Shown here one piece after another: positions 39,899 to 53,639 of a stretch of 64,000 bases of DNA (its first letter is position 1; the number at the start of each line of letters is the position of its first letter). The DNA is taken from the NCBI RefSeq assembly GCF_009914755.1, contig NC_060929.1; one strand, 5' to 3'. A program made the translations under genes and the position numbers. Source of the DNA: the human T2T-CHM13v2.0 reference genome, Homo sapiens. The notes under the pieces are model-generated. The model did no database searches and was not told the origin of the DNA. It was given only the letters and a program-made list of their open reading frames with translations.

Positions 39899-41030
39899 GA
39901 TATATATATATATATATATGGATATATATATATGGATATATATATATATGGATATATATATATGGATATATATATATGGATATATATATATGGATATATA
40001 TATATATGGATATATATATGGATATATATATGGATATATATATGGATATATATATGGATATATATATGGATATATATGGATATATATATGGATATATATA
40101 TGGATATACATATGGATATATATATGGATATATATATGGATATACATATGGATATATATGGATATATATATGGATATATATATGGATATATATATGGATA
40201 TATATATGGATATATATGGATATATATATGGATATATATATGGATATATATGGATATATATATAGATATATATGGATATATATATAGATATATATGGATA
40301 TATATAGATATATATATGGATATATATAGATATATATAGATATATATGGATATATATATATGGATATATATGGATATATAGATATATATATGGATATATA
40401 TATGGATATATATAGATATATATATGGATATATATATGGATATATATAGATATATATATGGATATATATATAGATATATATATGGATATATATATAGATA
40501 TATATATGGATATATATATAGATATATATATGGATATATATATAGATACATATATGGATATATATAGATACATATATGGATATATATAGATACATATATG
40601 GACATATATAGATATATATGGATATATATATAGATATATATGGATATATATAGATATATATGGATATATATAGATATATATGGATATATATATAGATATA
40701 TATATGGATATATATAGATATATATATGGATATATATATAGATATATATGGATATATATAGATATATATATGGATATATATAGATATATATATGGATATA
40801 TATATAGATATATATATGGATATATATATGGATATATATATAGATATATATATGGATATATATAGATATATATATGGATATATATATAGATATATATATG
40901 GATATATATATAGATATATATATGGATATATATAGATAGATAGATATGGATATATATATAGATATATATGGACATATATATAGATATATATATGGATATA
41001 TATGGATATATATATGGATATATATATATA
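39899..41030. repeat. ~1.1 kb VNTR of GGATATATAT(AT) and AGATATATAT(AT) units
   Basis: Read directly. Confidence 0.97.
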
Positions 41031-41082
41031 CACACACACATATACATATATATATATACACACACATGCTGTGTCTCTCAAC

Positions 41083-41217
41083 AGATAGATATAAAATAGA
41101 TAGGTAATAAATAGATAGATAGGTGATAGATGACAGACAGATGAGAGATAGATGATAGACAGATGATTGATAAATAGATAGATGATAGATCATTAGATAG
41201 ATAGATGATAGATAGAT

Positions 41218-41258
<41 letters not shown>
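41083..41258. repeat. (GATA)n tetranucleotide repeat, degenerate 5' part and pure 3' part
   Basis: Read directly. Confidence 0.92.
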
Positions 41259-41259
<1 letters not shown>

Positions 41260-43247
41260 GAGGGGCTTACTAAGGGAATTGGCTCATGCAATTACAGAGG
41301 CTGAGAAGTCTTCCAACAAGCCATCTGAAAGCTGGAGACCTAGGGATGCCAGTGGTGTGACTCAGTGCAAGTCTCAGAAAGCCTCAGAACCAGGGAAGCC
41401 AATGGTATAATTCTCAGTTCAAGGCCAAAGGCCTGAAAATATGGTGGGGACATGGGGATGCTGGCCCAAGTCCTGGAGTCCAAAGGCTGGAGAGTGTGGA
41501 GTTCTGATGTCCAAAGACAGGGGAAGAAGAGTGTTCCAGCTCCAGGAGAGAGAGAGGGGAATTTGCCTTTTCTTTGCTTCTTTGTTGGATCCAGGCCTCC
41601 AGCTGATTGAATGATGTCTGCTAACATGGAGGAAGGAACTTCCCCATTTAGTTCCCAGACTCACAGGCCCATCTCCTCTGGAAACTCACTCACAGACATA
41701 CCAGAAGTAAGGCTTTACCACTTCTTTAGGTTCTCCTTAATCCAACCAAGTTGATACCTAAATTAAGATGAAGATATTTCAGCCACTGCGAGTTTTGCAG
41801 TTTGGATACCTACATGCACTTGTCTCTTGTTGGCTGCCAGACTGCACATTGATGGGATAAATTAAAATATTCTGGAGCTGAGTCAATGCCCTTACAAACC
41901 TCAATAGATTCATCATCTTAGGTTTGCCTTAGATTGAATCCTTACTAGTTGATTACATATGCACTTCAAAAGAGGACCCCAATCTCCCCCATTTTGATAT
42001 TGTTTGTTATAATCAGTTTAGCAGAGTTGTGCAACATCAGTGAGCCTTGTCAACTGGTGCTTATTGTTGCCCTTACATTTCCCTAAAGGCCTGAGCTATC
42101 TGTGAACTAGTGGCCATGCAGTGTTCTGAAGGAACAGCAAGAGAACAGTCGTAAATGCCTAAACAAGGTTCTCCTGACCATTACTACCACAGTGACTCGA
42201 CTCAAGGATGCAGAGTTCACCGAGAAAGCTGATATGTGAAAGTTATCTGGTTAACCCAACATTATTTAAAAATTACAGACAAGTGGACAAAAAGAACGGA
42301 TTTAATTTTGATTAAAGTTCCGTTTTTAATGAGCACATGAGAAATCCTCTTCTTTCTTCTTAATCTATCTCTAACACTCAATTTAAAAAGACAATCATTG
42401 TACAAACTAAAATGAAACATCCTTTAAACAGTATCTTGTTCCCACTAATCCCTCAGAATTGAGAAAAAATCTTATGAAAGTACTTAATAAAGGTTATAAG
42501 CTCACAAATGATATGCAAACTTAAGTATAATGATTCCAATAGAAAATAAGTGCATATATAGATCTATCTAAAAACCTTTTTAAAAAATGGGGACACCAAT
42601 TAAGGACTAAATTCCTTTACATTTAATGGTTGTTTTTATGATGTTATTTCCATGAAGTCAGTAAGAATTTTTCTTCTAACTATAAGAATGTAATTTTAAT
42701 CATGCCAGCAATCACATTTAATTAGCTGTAACAAGCCTACAATTATAAAAGTGGGACTCTTCTTCAGATGTAAAAATTCTATCAGCAAAGACTGCCCAGA
42801 AACAGTGGCCAGTGCCTCATGGCCTGTGGGATCCCAGTCTTATAATTGCAAAAAAAATCTCTTCCTGGCAGTGTGGGAACATTGACAATTTTGTAACCTC
42901 AGAAAAAGTAGATACCCTTAAACTTAAAGGTTTATGCAAGGAAAATACAGTAGCAGCAAATTAGATGCTTCTTCATGTCTGTCCTAATAGATTAACTAAT
43001 TGATGCAATAAAGTAATTCTGACAGAGAAGCTACAAGTTAGAGTTTATAAGCTTCAAGAAAGACATTAATTCTTAGTCTTATTGGTGTACAGCACTAGTT
43101 TTTAAAATTATACAATAAGAGAGTATTTATATAATAATAAACATCTCTTGTGACACTTAAGTCAGTAACAACAGTAACTAAAACCGTAAAACTAACCATA
43201 TGTGATAAAAATAACAAAGCCTATGCTCAAATCCATACCTTCAAGGC

Positions 43248-43651
43248 TGTGGTAGACTGCAATACAGTCCCAAATTCTTCACCCCTCTATGCATCCACAT
43301 CTTCCATGACCTCATCATGAAGAGAGTGCATTTCCCTGCCCTTCTCTTTGGACTTGGCAAATGCCCTGTTTTGGTTGATTGCATCCTTTCACTATCTCAA
43401 ATCTTTGCCATTGCCTAGAGAAGAACTTCCCAAGAGTAGCTGCTGTCCCTACAGCCTTGGCTTTGAGGTCAGATGTATGGGGTAGACCTGGACCACAGAT
43501 ATGCTGTGTGAGGTAGAGCCATTGCTGATGAGCCCAGTTTAGGTCAGCAGAACCTTAGAAGACCCACAGATAACGTGAGCAAAGACAGAGCACTGTTTCT
43601 GACATATTGGAGTTGGGGATGGTGGTTATACAGCAATAGCTGGCTGATACA
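43248..43651 (+). mobile_element. Old MLT1 (G/H-like) LTR
   Basis: tgtggtagactgcaa...cccaaattcttcacccctc ... ggttatacagcaatagctggctgataca. Confidence 0.75.
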
Positions 43652-44595
43652 GAGGTGCATGACTGACCACAGGTGAAACCATGGGACATGAGCAGCACCT
43701 TGTCCTGCCATCATTGTCCGCCAGCACCCACAACACATTCTGCATTCAGAGACAATAATACTTTGAATCTTGAGATAAAGTAAAAATAACAATGTCACTC
43801 TGTAGAGCACTTGTCTCATAAATAAGTAATACTTTGACCCCTTCTTAAAAGTTACTGTTTCCTTAATTAAAACAATTTTGTTCACCACTATGGTAATATT
43901 GATCTCTGAAGATGTGTTCATGAGGCTATGGTAATCATGTTAAAAATTGCTGTTTATTCAACATAATTAGATGATAATGAATTCTATAATCTTAGCAGTT
44001 TTGAATCTTTCTTTCTAATGTCTGTATTTTTAAATTAATTTTATAATGAGGGATTCCTATGTTCTGGACTTCTTTGTTCCTCTTTGCAAGCCAAGTTATT
44101 TTCTCTCTGAACATACTTTGTGTTTGATTTTCCCTTTATGATTAATGCCCTCCCCCATCTGCCCCCCTTAGCTCACTCCAAGTAGCAGCATTTCTTTTCA
44201 TCTCTACCCCAATCTTCTCCCTTCTAGGAACCCCCAGAGGGCTTTATACTTCTTTTACAACATGCATCATTATTGTCTTCTAGTTGTTTGTGTTTTGAAG
44301 CTTATTATTTAACTCTGGTATTAAAGCCCCTAGCTCACAACAGATGCCCAGTGATGTTTTTCAATTTCTAGCACAACCAAACCTCAGGCCCACCTGTTCT
44401 TAGCAACTCTTGCTAAGATCAGAAGAAGAGCAATCCCATAGAAAGACCCATGTCTCATGCTCAATGGTGAGAGAATATAATGCTTGGCCAAAACCTCAAA
44501 TTCTGGCCTCCGGTCCATCTGGGGTTAGAATTGGTCAGAGCAGTGTTTGTCCCATGAGACATCAATGGACAAATGAAATTCTTTGAGGCCCATTC

Positions 44596-44597
<2 letters not shown>

Positions 44598-44633
<36 letters not shown>
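44598..44633. repeat. (GT)n microsatellite
   Basis: Read directly. Confidence 0.95.
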
Positions 44634-44637
<4 letters not shown>

Positions 44638-46379
44638 GACCTACTAATGATGATCTTATATGTTTGTTACAAAAGATAATGGAACCATGTATATAAAGTG
44701 CCAGCACCTACTAGTTTGTTTAATCAAGATTTGCTAATATTATTAGCCAGTGGTGGATTCCTGACCATGCCATTCTCTCTGGCTGCAGCACAGGGTATAA
44801 AATATTAATAGTTACTGCTCTAAGTCCTAATGCCCTTCTTTAATAATAATCAGGAAGCAGTTACATCACCCTTAATAAGGAATCCTACCATTGTTTTTTA
44901 AAGAAATCAAGCTACATTGCATTTTTTTTAAATGATGAAAACATAGTTTCAACATAGGAAGGTAAAAAGTTTGTATATTTAGTTTGTTTTTAACATAACC
45001 TGTAATCTGAAACATTCAGCAGCGGCACATAATATGGTAGTGATTTAACAGGTCAGGTATGCTCTAGTGTAATTTGTCTGAATAAGTATTTCTGAACTGT
45101 TTGAACCTGATTCCATTTTTGCTGGGTCTCCTATGGGTTCAAGTGGGAAGAGGCGAGAGAGAGGCCAGGGGAGGCACTGATCCCTGTCCTGCCTCAGTTT
45201 CCTCGGGTGGCCACACCTCTATCTTGAAGGTCAGAGAGGCTTACTCTGTCGTAGTGCTGCAGACGGAAATTCACCTATTTCTGTCTCTATGGTGTGCAGT
45301 TTTATGCAGCATTCCCTGCAGAGGTGGAGGCAAGAACTGCCATGCCCTCCTTGTTAAAGAGTAGAACAGCAACACACAAGCTTATTCAAGTCTCTCATCA
45401 AAGGAGATTACAAATCATGCATGTAAAGTAATTGTGTATAAACTATTTAAGACGTTTATAGCAAATTGGATATACTAATCTCTCAGTCAATGCATTTCTA
45501 GATCTCTTTATTATCAATGTAGATTCATTATCAAAATGAATAAAAATCATATGGTGTTGTAATGAAATTGATGTGAGAAGCAAAAACCACTTAATTAAAC
45601 TCTCTTAATGGCTTATAATACAGCTCAGGACAGTTATAGACTAAAACTAGCTAAAACAATGTGCAGTAGAGTAAAAGTGTGGGGTTGGTATTGTGACCTG
45701 CAGTTGAGGGGCTGCAGGAACGTCACAGTGAAACAAGAGGGTTGAGAGAGATTATCACCGAGGAACCCCTGCAGTGACAATATATGTAGCTCCAAATGGA
45801 CTCAATTACTTCTAAGGGAGGATAGGTTAGTATATTGCAGCAAATGTAAAAATTTAAAAACCAATAGCCTCAAAATCTCTGTTAATAGACTTCGGACAAC
45901 CACCCTGAAGCAGAACCTTTTCAATAATGGATGCTTGAAACTGCCTTTAAATTTTAATCTAAGCATTTAAATTCTCATGCCAGCCTCCAGTGACTTCTTT
46001 TTCAGCTAAAGAGAAGTTATTTTTGGGTGGAATATAAGCAGAACATGGTAATTAAAAAAATTCATGAGATAGTCTACCCACTGTTCAGAGTTGATTAGTA
46101 CGTGAGAATTATTTTCATTTTGGGGCATTTATCCCTTTAAGTGAAACTTTCTAGCTCATACTACTTGTAACATGATCATAAAGTAGCTTTTCAGTGAAGT
46201 TTTAGGTTGGTGTAGTCAAGGGAGCACTGTTATTTTGGAAAGCTTTACCTGATTTATGGGCATGATCATATATTTGAGTATCCACAAAAATCGACAGTGA
46301 AGGCTAAGAATTGGTGGCAAGATAGAGGCCTTGAGAATATTTATCTGTGTCCTCCAAAGCCACGGGGACCTTCAGTTGT

Positions 46380-46535
46380 GTTCATTCATTCATCCATTCA
46401 ACAGAAATACATGAGATCCTACTCTGTGCCAGCCTAGTGGTCATGAGAGAGTGAACATGAACATAATGGCTTATAATACAGCCCAGGACAGTTATAGACT
46501 AAAATCAGTTCTACCTTCAGTATTCTTTGTTCTAT
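46380..46535 (-). mobile_element. L2 3' end fragment
   Basis: ttcattcattcatccattcaacagaaatacatgagatcctactctgtgccag. Confidence 0.65.
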
Positions 46536-47024
46536 GTAAGCTGACAGCCACTGGAACAGGAAATTAGTATATAGCTGGACTGATGTTATCTCAGAATACT
46601 CTGACGGGATTGGAAATTATCATATTAAATGTATAAGATAGAAAAGCAAGAGGGGAAACATTCATTGAAACAAAACAGGACCCCACATGTTATGCTTTCA
46701 GGATTTTGCTGCATTTCTTACTTGTCAACAAATCCAGATCCTGTTTAGTTTTCTAAAAATCTTAAATTAATATAAGACTTATGAAAGAACTTGGCTAATT
46801 CAAGCTGATGGCTTGAAGACCATCACAAATTACCCAGCTGTGTGCTCTGGGCTGTCAGCTAACACAGCGGGATGGGAATTTTGTGAATCTATTTTTGTTG
46901 ATGATGAAAAGAGGAGAGCCATGATTGACACCCAGCCCACTCAAACTGCCCATTTCCTGTGCGTTGTTTGTTACAAAGGTTTTCAGTTTGCTCTACATAT
47001 ACTGTCATTGTCTTCCTTGTGTAG

Positions 47025-47347
47025 TTTTGTTTTTGCTTTTATTTTCCTTTTTTGTGTGTTTTTGAGACATGGTCTTGTTCTGTTGTCCAGGCTGGAGTGC
47101 AGATCATGACTCAGCACAATTTTGAACTCCTGGGCTCAAGTGACCCTCCTGCCTCAGCCTCCCGAGTAGCTGGAACTACAGGTGAACACCACCACACCCA
47201 GCTATTTTTTTTTTTTTTTTTTTTTTTGGTGGAGACAGGATCTCACTATGTTGTCCAGGCTGGTCTGAAACTCCTGGCCTCAAGCAATCTTCCCACCTTG
47301 ACCTCCCAAAGCAGTAGGATTGCAGGCATGAGCCACTGCATCCAGCC
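47025..47347 (-). mobile_element. AluJ-like element
   Basis: gaactcctgggctcaagtgaccctcctgcctcagcc; tctcactatgttgtccaggctgg; expanded middle T run. Confidence 0.92.
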
Positions 47348-50019
47348 TTCCAGAGGTTTTAAAATCTGAAAATGGGATGAAAACAAGAAAATGAACACAT
47401 CTTTGCAAGACCTCATCCTAACTCTCCCAGGCTCCTTTCAGGCTGTAGACTGTAATTCGGTGCTGAGTTGCAATCCAGCCTACATAAGCCCTACAGGAAA
47501 CCACAGCTGTAGCAGCATGTGGATGCAGCAAGCCCTCGGGGAAACTGTGCAGAGCAAGTGCCCGCACTGAAGGGCTGAGCCACCCCCAGGGCCGACAGTG
47601 TCCAAAGATGCCTGGCAGATCCTGCCATAGGCCACACCAAGGGCCTGGCTGGGAGTCTCAGGGCACAGTGGAAAAAGGGCCAACTTCCCCAGGGCACCAC
47701 AGCCTGCTTGGCCCAGAGCTGCCTTGAGGTCCCACAGCTTCACGTATACAGACAGGCCCGGCCCCAGTCGCTGCCATGACCGGCTACCTGTGACTCAGAT
47801 GTGCCACCTTCTGAGATTCCTCTCCTTCCAGCATTCCTTGGCCTCCTTTGGTGTTTCACACCTGGAAGAACATCCTGGTGCATCATCTCTAGAGCTGCAA
47901 TGGGGCCCAGCTTTTGGAAACATGGGGCCAAGGAAGCAGCAGAGGAACATTTTCTACCTCTTCTGTGCTCCTACTCCCTGCACACAGGAGACACTGGCCA
48001 ACTGCAACCTTATTATCACTTCTCTCAGATCTGAGTTCCAGAGTGTCATTTTTTATTAGCTTAAGTGTTAATTATTTTGAATGAAGAAAAAGAAACTTTT
48101 ATTAATAAGTTAATATTTCAATTAAAAGCTTAAAACTAACCTTATAACAATTGATCAGATGAAATTAAATGTATCTCTTAAATGTATTTCATTTATCTAA
48201 ATTCATGTATGTTGCATGAATAAATCAGCATTTTCTCAGACCTTTAGGCACCACTATAAATAGACCTGGTTAAATGGACATTTATGTAGAAAGTGGAATG
48301 AAATGCTCAATGGAGACATTTACCTTTACCACATCTGTTATTGGAAATGCCCAGACCATAATATTTGGAAAGTCTCTTTAATTTTATAAAGATAATATTG
48401 GGTTATGTTTTGATTTGGGGGATCAACCTCTTTTATAATGTTTATTTTGTGAGAATTTAATATAAGCACCATGCTAAGTTACTCATTGATGACTTGAGGT
48501 GGCACAAAGGGTTGGCTTGTCAAGGGACTGCCATGCATCTGCAGTGTCTCTGTATATCAAGCTTAACAAATAATTGTGAGGGTAAAAGCAATCACAAGGC
48601 ACAGCCCAGCAGTGGGGGCCCCAGCTTTGATACCCTGAGTCCTTCCCTGTCACCTCAGGACTCCCTGTGGCCCAAATTAACATATGAAATAGTGCAATAT
48701 AATATAGAGCTACATTTCTTGCACAAAACGAGAGGCATTTGGTCATGAAACATACCCATTTTATACTTAGATAGTTACATAACTTCCATGACATTTTCCA
48801 GGGAGCCATGAGCCGTGAATCCCTAGTTTCTAAGTCTGCTTTTCATAAGGAATCCTAGACAAGCACATACCTCCTGCTCAAAGCATTTCATTGTTATGGT
48901 CTCCCTGAGAACTCAGGTATCGTTCATGTGTTTGTCCGGAGATCTGCCAATAACTTGTTTACAAGAGGATTTGACCACTTCCCCTTCTCTCTCTATCAAT
49001 CCATCAATCTATGTATTCAACAGACCTGAAGGGAGAACTAGCCTTCAGTCTCTTTGAGATGCTGGGATTCCCCATGAGAGAAAACCCAGTCTCTGTGGAA
49101 AGGTCTTTCTCCAGCCTTCCTACAAGGAGAGAAGAGGGATTACTGCCAGCAGGGCTGAGAAAGAAAAGAGACTTGGGGGATTAGATTCTTCATGCCAACA
49201 GGATTACTTCTTGACTCCAAACTTGCTTCATAGTAGACCTCCTCTGAGAATAAGCCAAGAGACTTCTCTTTGGTGCAGGCTGCTGGTGAAAACCAGGAAG
49301 CAAGATGAATGCATCTTAAAGAAGGCATGCTTACATCTGCCTTTTATTGCTGGATTTTTCTACATGGCCTCACAGGGCCCATATGGAGAAAGAAACATGT
49401 TCTAATAGCACATTCTCAATGTGCTTACAAAGATGTTCCTCTGTCAACTCTTCCATAGAAAGAAAATCTTTGCATTGATTCACTTTGCTATTGTTTTTCC
49501 TTATCATGAAAGTACATATGTTCATTGTAAAACACTCACAAAATTATAAAGATTTATAAATTATAAAGGTCCTTTATAAAATTATAAAGAAAGGAAAAAT
49601 CCCCTTCCTTCCATGTGATGTATTCATCTAATGAAGCAGATAGCTCCCTTCAAATCCAAGCTCACGGAAACAACTTCTCTAGTGTTCAGGAGAAGCCAGG
49701 TCAAAGCCATAGTGTCAAGTAGTCAGAAGGCAGCTTTTGCCTGTTCAGTGCACTCTTTCCATGAGCACCCAGAGACCTCTGTCCCAAACAGTTCTGTTGT
49801 TGTCTTTACTGCTTTATGAAAGGGTACTCACCCAAGAACACTATGTGCGCCTGCATAGCTGTCTGGGTCACTAATGAACGCTGGCATATTTGCCAGGAAG
49901 CCTGGTACCCTCAGGCTCAGTGTTATGCCGTGTAATGACTGGTTTTCCGTGGTTTGTGATGCTGTGTAATGACTGGTTTTCCATGTTTTATGACTCCCAT
50001 TGGTCTTACCTGTTTGTAC

Positions 50020-50480
50020 ACTCCACTCATTCATTTGCCATCTAGTTTATTCGCTCATGAATTCATTTGTTTTTTGTTTCAATAAATATGATTAAGTATC
50101 CATTCTTGGGTGGCAGGAAGTGTGCACAAGAATAAATAAAGCAGTGTGTCTGCAAGGAAGGAGTTGAGGATTAAAAGCAAAAGACAAAGGAGACATGTGG
50201 TCCACTAATGGTGATGTGATGGGAATCACGCTGTCACAGGTAAGGTGAAGTACTGGGGGAGCATGCAGTAGGGAGGCTGAAGCTTAGTGAGGGATAGCTA
50301 CAACAGTAGAGTGGGTGATGCAGGATGACCAGTTTGTTAGATGAATGGGTGCAGAAGGGGCCTCTCAGCAGAAGAATTGCACCTTCAAAGCACAGAGACA
50401 CACCAGAACAGGCAAGGCTTGTGGGAAAAGGATGATTGCCATGCAACTGTACCTAGGGAAAAACGGAGGACAGGGAGGAA
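50020..50480 (-). mobile_element. Degraded L2 fragment
   Basis: cactcattcatt...ttcaataaatatgattaagtatcc followed by purine-rich L2-like sequence. Confidence 0.45.
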
Positions 50481-50502
50481 TGAGACCAGAAAAGGGAGCA
50501 AA

Positions 50503-50756
50503 TGGGAGGCCGAGACATGTGGATCCTTTGAGGTTGGGAGTTCGAGACTAGTCTGGCCAACATGGTGAAACCCCATCTCTACTAAAAATTAGCCAGGTGT
50601 GATGGCGGCCCCCTGTTATCCCAGCTACTTGGCTGAGGCAGGAGAATCACTTGAACCCGGAGGCGGAGGTTGCAGTGAGCCGAGGTGGTGCCACTGCACT
50701 CCAGCTGGGCCAACAGAGTGAGACTCATCTCAAAAAGGAAAAAAAGAAAAAGAAAA
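50503..50756 (+). mobile_element. 5'-truncated Alu (AluS-like) lacking part of the middle A linker
   Basis: TSD agaaaag(g/a)gagcaa at 50488-50501 and 50757-50770. Confidence 0.92.
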
Positions 50757-51060
50757 AGAAAAGAGAGCAACAATATCAGATGCAGGAGAATACCTGACAG
50801 TGGAGGAAATAGTTAAACTTAGTTATGTAAACAAAGGTGACGGTGGCCTCGCTTCTGTTCCCGAGGACTGTTCTGATCCACACCTTTGTTTTGGAGCCAG
50901 TGTTAATAGCACTGCCTTTCATTCTGCCAAAAGCCTCCCTTAGGATGAAGAGTTATTTAATTACTCAAATATAGATGCTCTTAAAGTACTATAAATAAAA
51001 ATATGACCTTGTGAGATCTGCAATTTGGAATAAGAGAGGAGTTGGAGTTGAGTCAGACCT

Positions 51061-51110
51061 TGCTGTGGTGTGAATGTTTGTGTCTCCCCAAATGCCTATG
51101 TTGAAACCCA
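51061..51110 (+). mobile_element. MaLR LTR 5' fragment (MST/MLT1A-like)
   Basis: tgctgtggtgtgaatgtttgtgtctccccaaatgcctatgttgaaaccc. Confidence 0.65.
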
Positions 51111-51797
51111 AATGGGGTTGAAAGGCCTGGGAGTGGAATGAGCCATGTGGAGGTTTGTGGTCTGAATCACACGGTTGTGTTAACTGATCAAGAAGCCAGA
51201 GAGGGACAGAGTCACCAGCAGATCTGCAAATGCCTCCGTGTCCAGCAGCCGAGGGCTCGGGCCACACATTGTGCTCATGCAGCCAATCAACGTCAAATGT
51301 TCAGTGCCCCTCAGCCAAAAGTAATCGTGGAGAGAATTTTGAACCATTGAGCTCTCTCCTGGCTGACTTTTCTGTGTCTTTTCTCAATGAAGCATCGGGT
51401 GGCAGATCCAGGCAGATCCCGGACTTCGCACCACCCACGGCTGACATGCCCACCGACTGTCCTTGCAGCCAGGCTCTGAAGGACTTGGTCAGGAGCCCCT
51501 GCCCTGCGTGGCTTGGGGAATGTGAGACAATGAGAGATCGATGAATTCCTTTTCTTTCTTTCTCCAATCATGACGTCTTTATTTCCTCGGCCCTCTTTAG
51601 AAAATAAGTCATTGATGTTTTTCTTATCTTTTGATTTCTTAGATAATCTCAAGCTTGCATTTAGTGCTATAGTGCTATATATCACAAATATTTGTCTGAT
51701 TCAAGGTTATCTTACACAGTGACAAGTGTTTAGCAGATAACCACAATGTCAGGTTTGTGATGAGTATAGATTGAGGGTGCTGACGTTGGCTGAAAGC

Positions 51798-51951
51798 TGT
51801 GTGTGTGTATATTAGTCAGTATGTGTGTGTGCCTTGTGTATGCATTTGTATATCTTTGTTTGTCTTTGTGTATGTCTGTTTAAGTGTGTGTGTATAAATG
51901 TCTGTGTGTGTGTTTGAGTGTCTCTCTGTGTCTGTGTAAGTGTGTGTGTCT
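51798..51951. repeat. Degenerate (TG)n tract
   Basis: Read directly. Confidence 0.85.
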
Positions 51952-53639
51952 GAAACTATTTAATTACTCATTTTTTTTTTCTGGTATAATGCGTTGCCAA
52001 AAACAAAGCCTTTTTAAAACATAATTTTCCCACAAGTGAACTGTTTTTAATCCTCATCTGTCAGCAAACCTTTACTTCTTCCACAGATACCTGAGGCGAT
52101 CTTGCAAGAAGTCCTCTAATCTGGAATGTGGTATTCATTTGGAAGCAGAAACTAGTGAGAGGGAATGGAAGACAATCCCCCAGGGTGGTGGTGTTTAAAA
52201 TACCTTCTCAGAACACGCACTGACCACAGGCTCTTGGGTGCCCCTTCAGGGGTGAGGCCCCAAGCCTCGGGAGAGGATGCTGCTGTATTGTGTAAAGGGT
52301 CCCAGGCAGGGCAGCCCAGGGCCAGCTGAGGCATGGGGCAAGGGGTCTGCTTTGGACCAAGTCAGAGACCAGCAGGGCTGAGAGTGGTAGGTAAAGGTGC
52401 CAGGGGGACTGCAGGGGTCTGGATTTTCACACCTTCTCCTCTGCAGCCCAGTAATACCCCAGCCCCACACCCCCATGGCAGCCACAGTGTCCCCTGCTGC
52501 CATCAGCAAGGCCTGCCTTCTGCATCTGAGCCTTGCTCTAGACTTTTCTGTCTGGAACCTCACTATCCCACCTGGCCTCCTTCTCATGACTGCTCCTTGA
52601 AGCCTTTATTTTCTCAACTAAATGCTTCCTCCTCATCCTCTCCCAGCCAGAATTCCCCCACCATCCATCGTCCTCATGCTACTTGCATAGTGCTGGCATG
52701 CAGTACTCATGAGCATCAGTGATGGTCACTGTGCCCTGTGTTCCCCGATGCCTCATGTGTGCAAATCAGCCATAGTCACTGTACCACGTCAGTCTCCCAG
52801 CAAGGCTGGGAGCCCAGCACAAAGGCCATGTTTTCTTACCCTTTGCCTTCTCCCACCCCAGTCACTCCCAACACATCTAAAGTCAATAACCATGAGGCCC
52901 TGGGAACGTCCCTGTGACCATGACCTCCTTCGTCCCCAGCCAGCATTATTGCTTTCTGCAAACAGGCCCTGCCTTCCTGGGTGCACTGGACAAATCTTCC
53001 TCACATCTTTCTTACAGTGATTCCTGCCATATGCATTCAGCAGACACTCTATGTCTATGCTGCCAGATGGGCCACCACCAATGCCCCAACCCCTGTTCTC
53101 CTGCAAATGCCCACCTAAAGCAGGTGGGCTGTCACTCCTGCAAGGTCAGGCTTTGCAACAGCCTTTCTGCTTGTTCCTTCTAACCCTCCATGGACTTAGC
53201 AGCTCTCGATGTAGACCCTGGATAGCTATTTATTTTTTATTTTTATTTTTGTCTCAGAATTTCAAAGTTGCAGGAAATTTGTAATCACCTGGTCTTATTT
53301 CCACTTTTTGTAGATGAAGTTAACTTCAGAGAATATAAGTATCTGCCCTTAGCCCCACAGTTAGATCCAGGAAGGTGTCTTACGTTATCTTTCCATCTGC
53401 TAATTCGCCCTGCAGGTGGTCTGTCTCTTGTTATACAAGGATGATGGAGCTCTGCATCAAGGTGGCTGAAGAGGCTCTGGATGGCCAGGGATGGAAGGAG
53501 GCCCCATGGCACTCAGCCACAGTCTCCAAACCCAACGGGCAATGCATTTCCCAGCTACAGCTACAGTCAGCAACCCTGAGTCAACAAAGGGACCAGCCTA
53601 ATTGTTCTATGAAAATTTTGCCTACAAAAATCTACTTAA

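Larger units (their letters stand above)
39860..41766 (-). mobile_element. MLT2B-type LTR hosting a large repeat expansion
   Basis: tgtatcagtcagcgttctccagagagacagaaccaatagga ... gggaattggctcatgcaattacagaggctgagaagtc ... ccaagttgatacctaaattaa. Confidence 0.88.

Noticed and set aside
39899-41030. Long repeat array as a CRISPR-like or coding array
   Set aside because: No unique spacers; pure simple-sequence units inside a mammalian LTR.
39821-41193. ORFs of 405-441 aa (I/Y/H/S/P-rich) on both strands
   Set aside because: Stop-free translation of the TA-rich VNTR; no coding signal.
52152-53284. Cluster of overlapping 60-130 aa ORFs in GC-richer DNA (also 24284-25625 and 47480-48059)
   Set aside because: Expected by chance at higher GC; no recognisable domain or consistent exon structure.
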